In this document: one piece after another, positions 62,621-64,000 of the stretch | How positions within the stretch are numbered: the stretch's first letter is position 1 | How the letters are laid out: each line of letters begins with the position of its first letter | Assembly: GCA_013239625.1 (NCBI GenBank) | Contig: MU054117.1 | Span: 1,180,001 to 1,244,000 of the forward strand | Length of the DNA stretch: 64,000 nt | DNA from: Lama guanicoe | Lineage: Eukaryota | Direction of reading: 5' to 3' | Position numbers and translations under genes: made by a program | Notes under the pieces: generated by a model | Told to the model about the DNA's origin: nothing | Seen by the model: the letters and a program-made list of their open reading frames with translations, nothing else | Databases searched by the model: none

Positions 62621-64000
62621 TTCCAGCAAACTCAGCTCATTCAAAAGACGTCGTTCAAAAACTAAGAAAAGAAGAAAAAGACCCAGGCCTGTGCGGTGGG
62701 GTCTTTCTCTGCCTCCCAGATGTACGGCCCCCTAAGGTGAACGTTTTCCCCCCAAAACACAACCCTCGGGAGACACTCTCTCCCCAGATGCGACCCCCCA
62801 GCCCCAGCCGTCCCAGCACCGAGCAAGCGGGCAGCCCTCAGCCTCCCTTGCTCCCTCTGCTTTCCTGGGCAGGGCTGGAGAGGAAGGGAAGCGTCAGCAG
62901 CTGGTCTCATGGGCCTGGGCTGAACGGCTGGGGAAGAGGGAAGCTGGGTCAGCTGAGGGTTTGACCTAATGAGCGCAGAACACGGCAGGAGGGGTCCAGG
63001 TCTCTCCTTGGCCGAGGGGGGCGTGCGACATTGTCAGTCAGGACCCCTCCAGAGGGCCAGAGCTCTGCCCTACTGCCTCATGCATGCATGCATTCATTCA
63101 TTTATTCAAAGCAGTCATTCATCAGATGTGCACTGGGGGCCGGTGTGTGCCACTCAGGGCTCGCAGCACCAGCGAGGGACAAGTAAGCACAAAGCAGGTC
63201 AGGTCCAGTGAACTGCGGGGAAACCCAAGTAGGGTCAAGGGTGAGGGTGATGCTCACCTTACTTAGGGCCCCTGGAGGAGCGTCTCCCCAGACCACTGGG
63301 CAGGATGGGGAGGTAGCAGGGCCACCAGAGCGTGGCCCTGCTGCTCATCGGACCCCCGTGCACACCCGGGGTCCTCACTGAGAGCACTGTGCCGTCACAA
63401 CCAAAGGGCCGCACATTTGGAAGTGGGACTTTTCCTGGCTGGACTCAGCCACCAAGTTTCATTCCCTTAAGAGATGCAGTGAGGAGACCGGAAGAGGCAC
63501 TCGGGCGAGTGCAGCCACCCCAGCAGCTCTGTCCCTGAAGTCGCATGTGCCGTCCTCACCCGGAGCAGTGATGCCGTGGAAACCCCGACCCACGGCACAA
63601 GCGCTCGTCAAGCTCGCTGGCCGCCCGCAGAACCAGCCCTGGGCGCTCAGGACTGGCCTTGCCAGAGTCGAGCCCCCAGGAAGTGGTGTCACCTCCCACA
63701 CCTGCCCCCGGCCCCAGACAGGCGGCCCCACGCCTAGAACCCTCCCCGCACCTAGAACCCTCCCTGCAAGCACAGGCTGTGTGGAGACTTCTTCCTCTGT
63801 GCCCCGAGGAGCAGCCGCGGCGTGTGGTCCAGAGACCGTCTGCCGTACGTTAGCGATGCTGCCACAGCGAAGCCGACGGCCGCAGCCACTCGGGAGGGGC
63901 CGTGTCCCCGTGCCGCCCTTGGCGCGAGGATTTCTGTGGGTGGGGGTGGGGGGAGGGGTACCAGAGCCGCAGTCCCGAGCCCTCCCTCCCCTGGGCCACT

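Overview
Mammalian genomic DNA, most likely a camelid, judged from about 16 copies of a tRNA-Ala(AGC)-derived Vic-1-like SINE and a recurrent L1 3' tail. The right half carries a complete WNT5B gene on the minus strand: coding exons 60743-60822, 59496-59743, 54728-55020 and 49373-49831 total 1080 nt = 359 aa + TAG, with GT-AG introns throughout. A CpG-island promoter at about 12.6-14.1 kb is, by synteny, most likely the non-coding first exon and promoter of ADIPOR2 (minus strand), so 1-13.2 kb would be its intron 1. That intron hides a decayed, intronless SDAD1 retrocopy (+ strand, about 7.8-10.45 kb) that the ORF track misses. It has an internal deletion and was hit by two SINEs and an old L1. 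The 16-25 kb segment is a nest of solo ERV LTRs and L1 pieces with readable target-site duplications (TSDs). An orphan CpG island at about 44 kb has a consensus + strand splice donor. GC content rises strongly from left to right, and both repeat copies and WNT5B itself show apparent AT->GC-biased change. There is an 864-N assembly gap at 14171-15034. I found no convincing wholly novel biological system; the best leads are regulatory and evolutionary. Comparisons to human sequences are from memory, not from a search.
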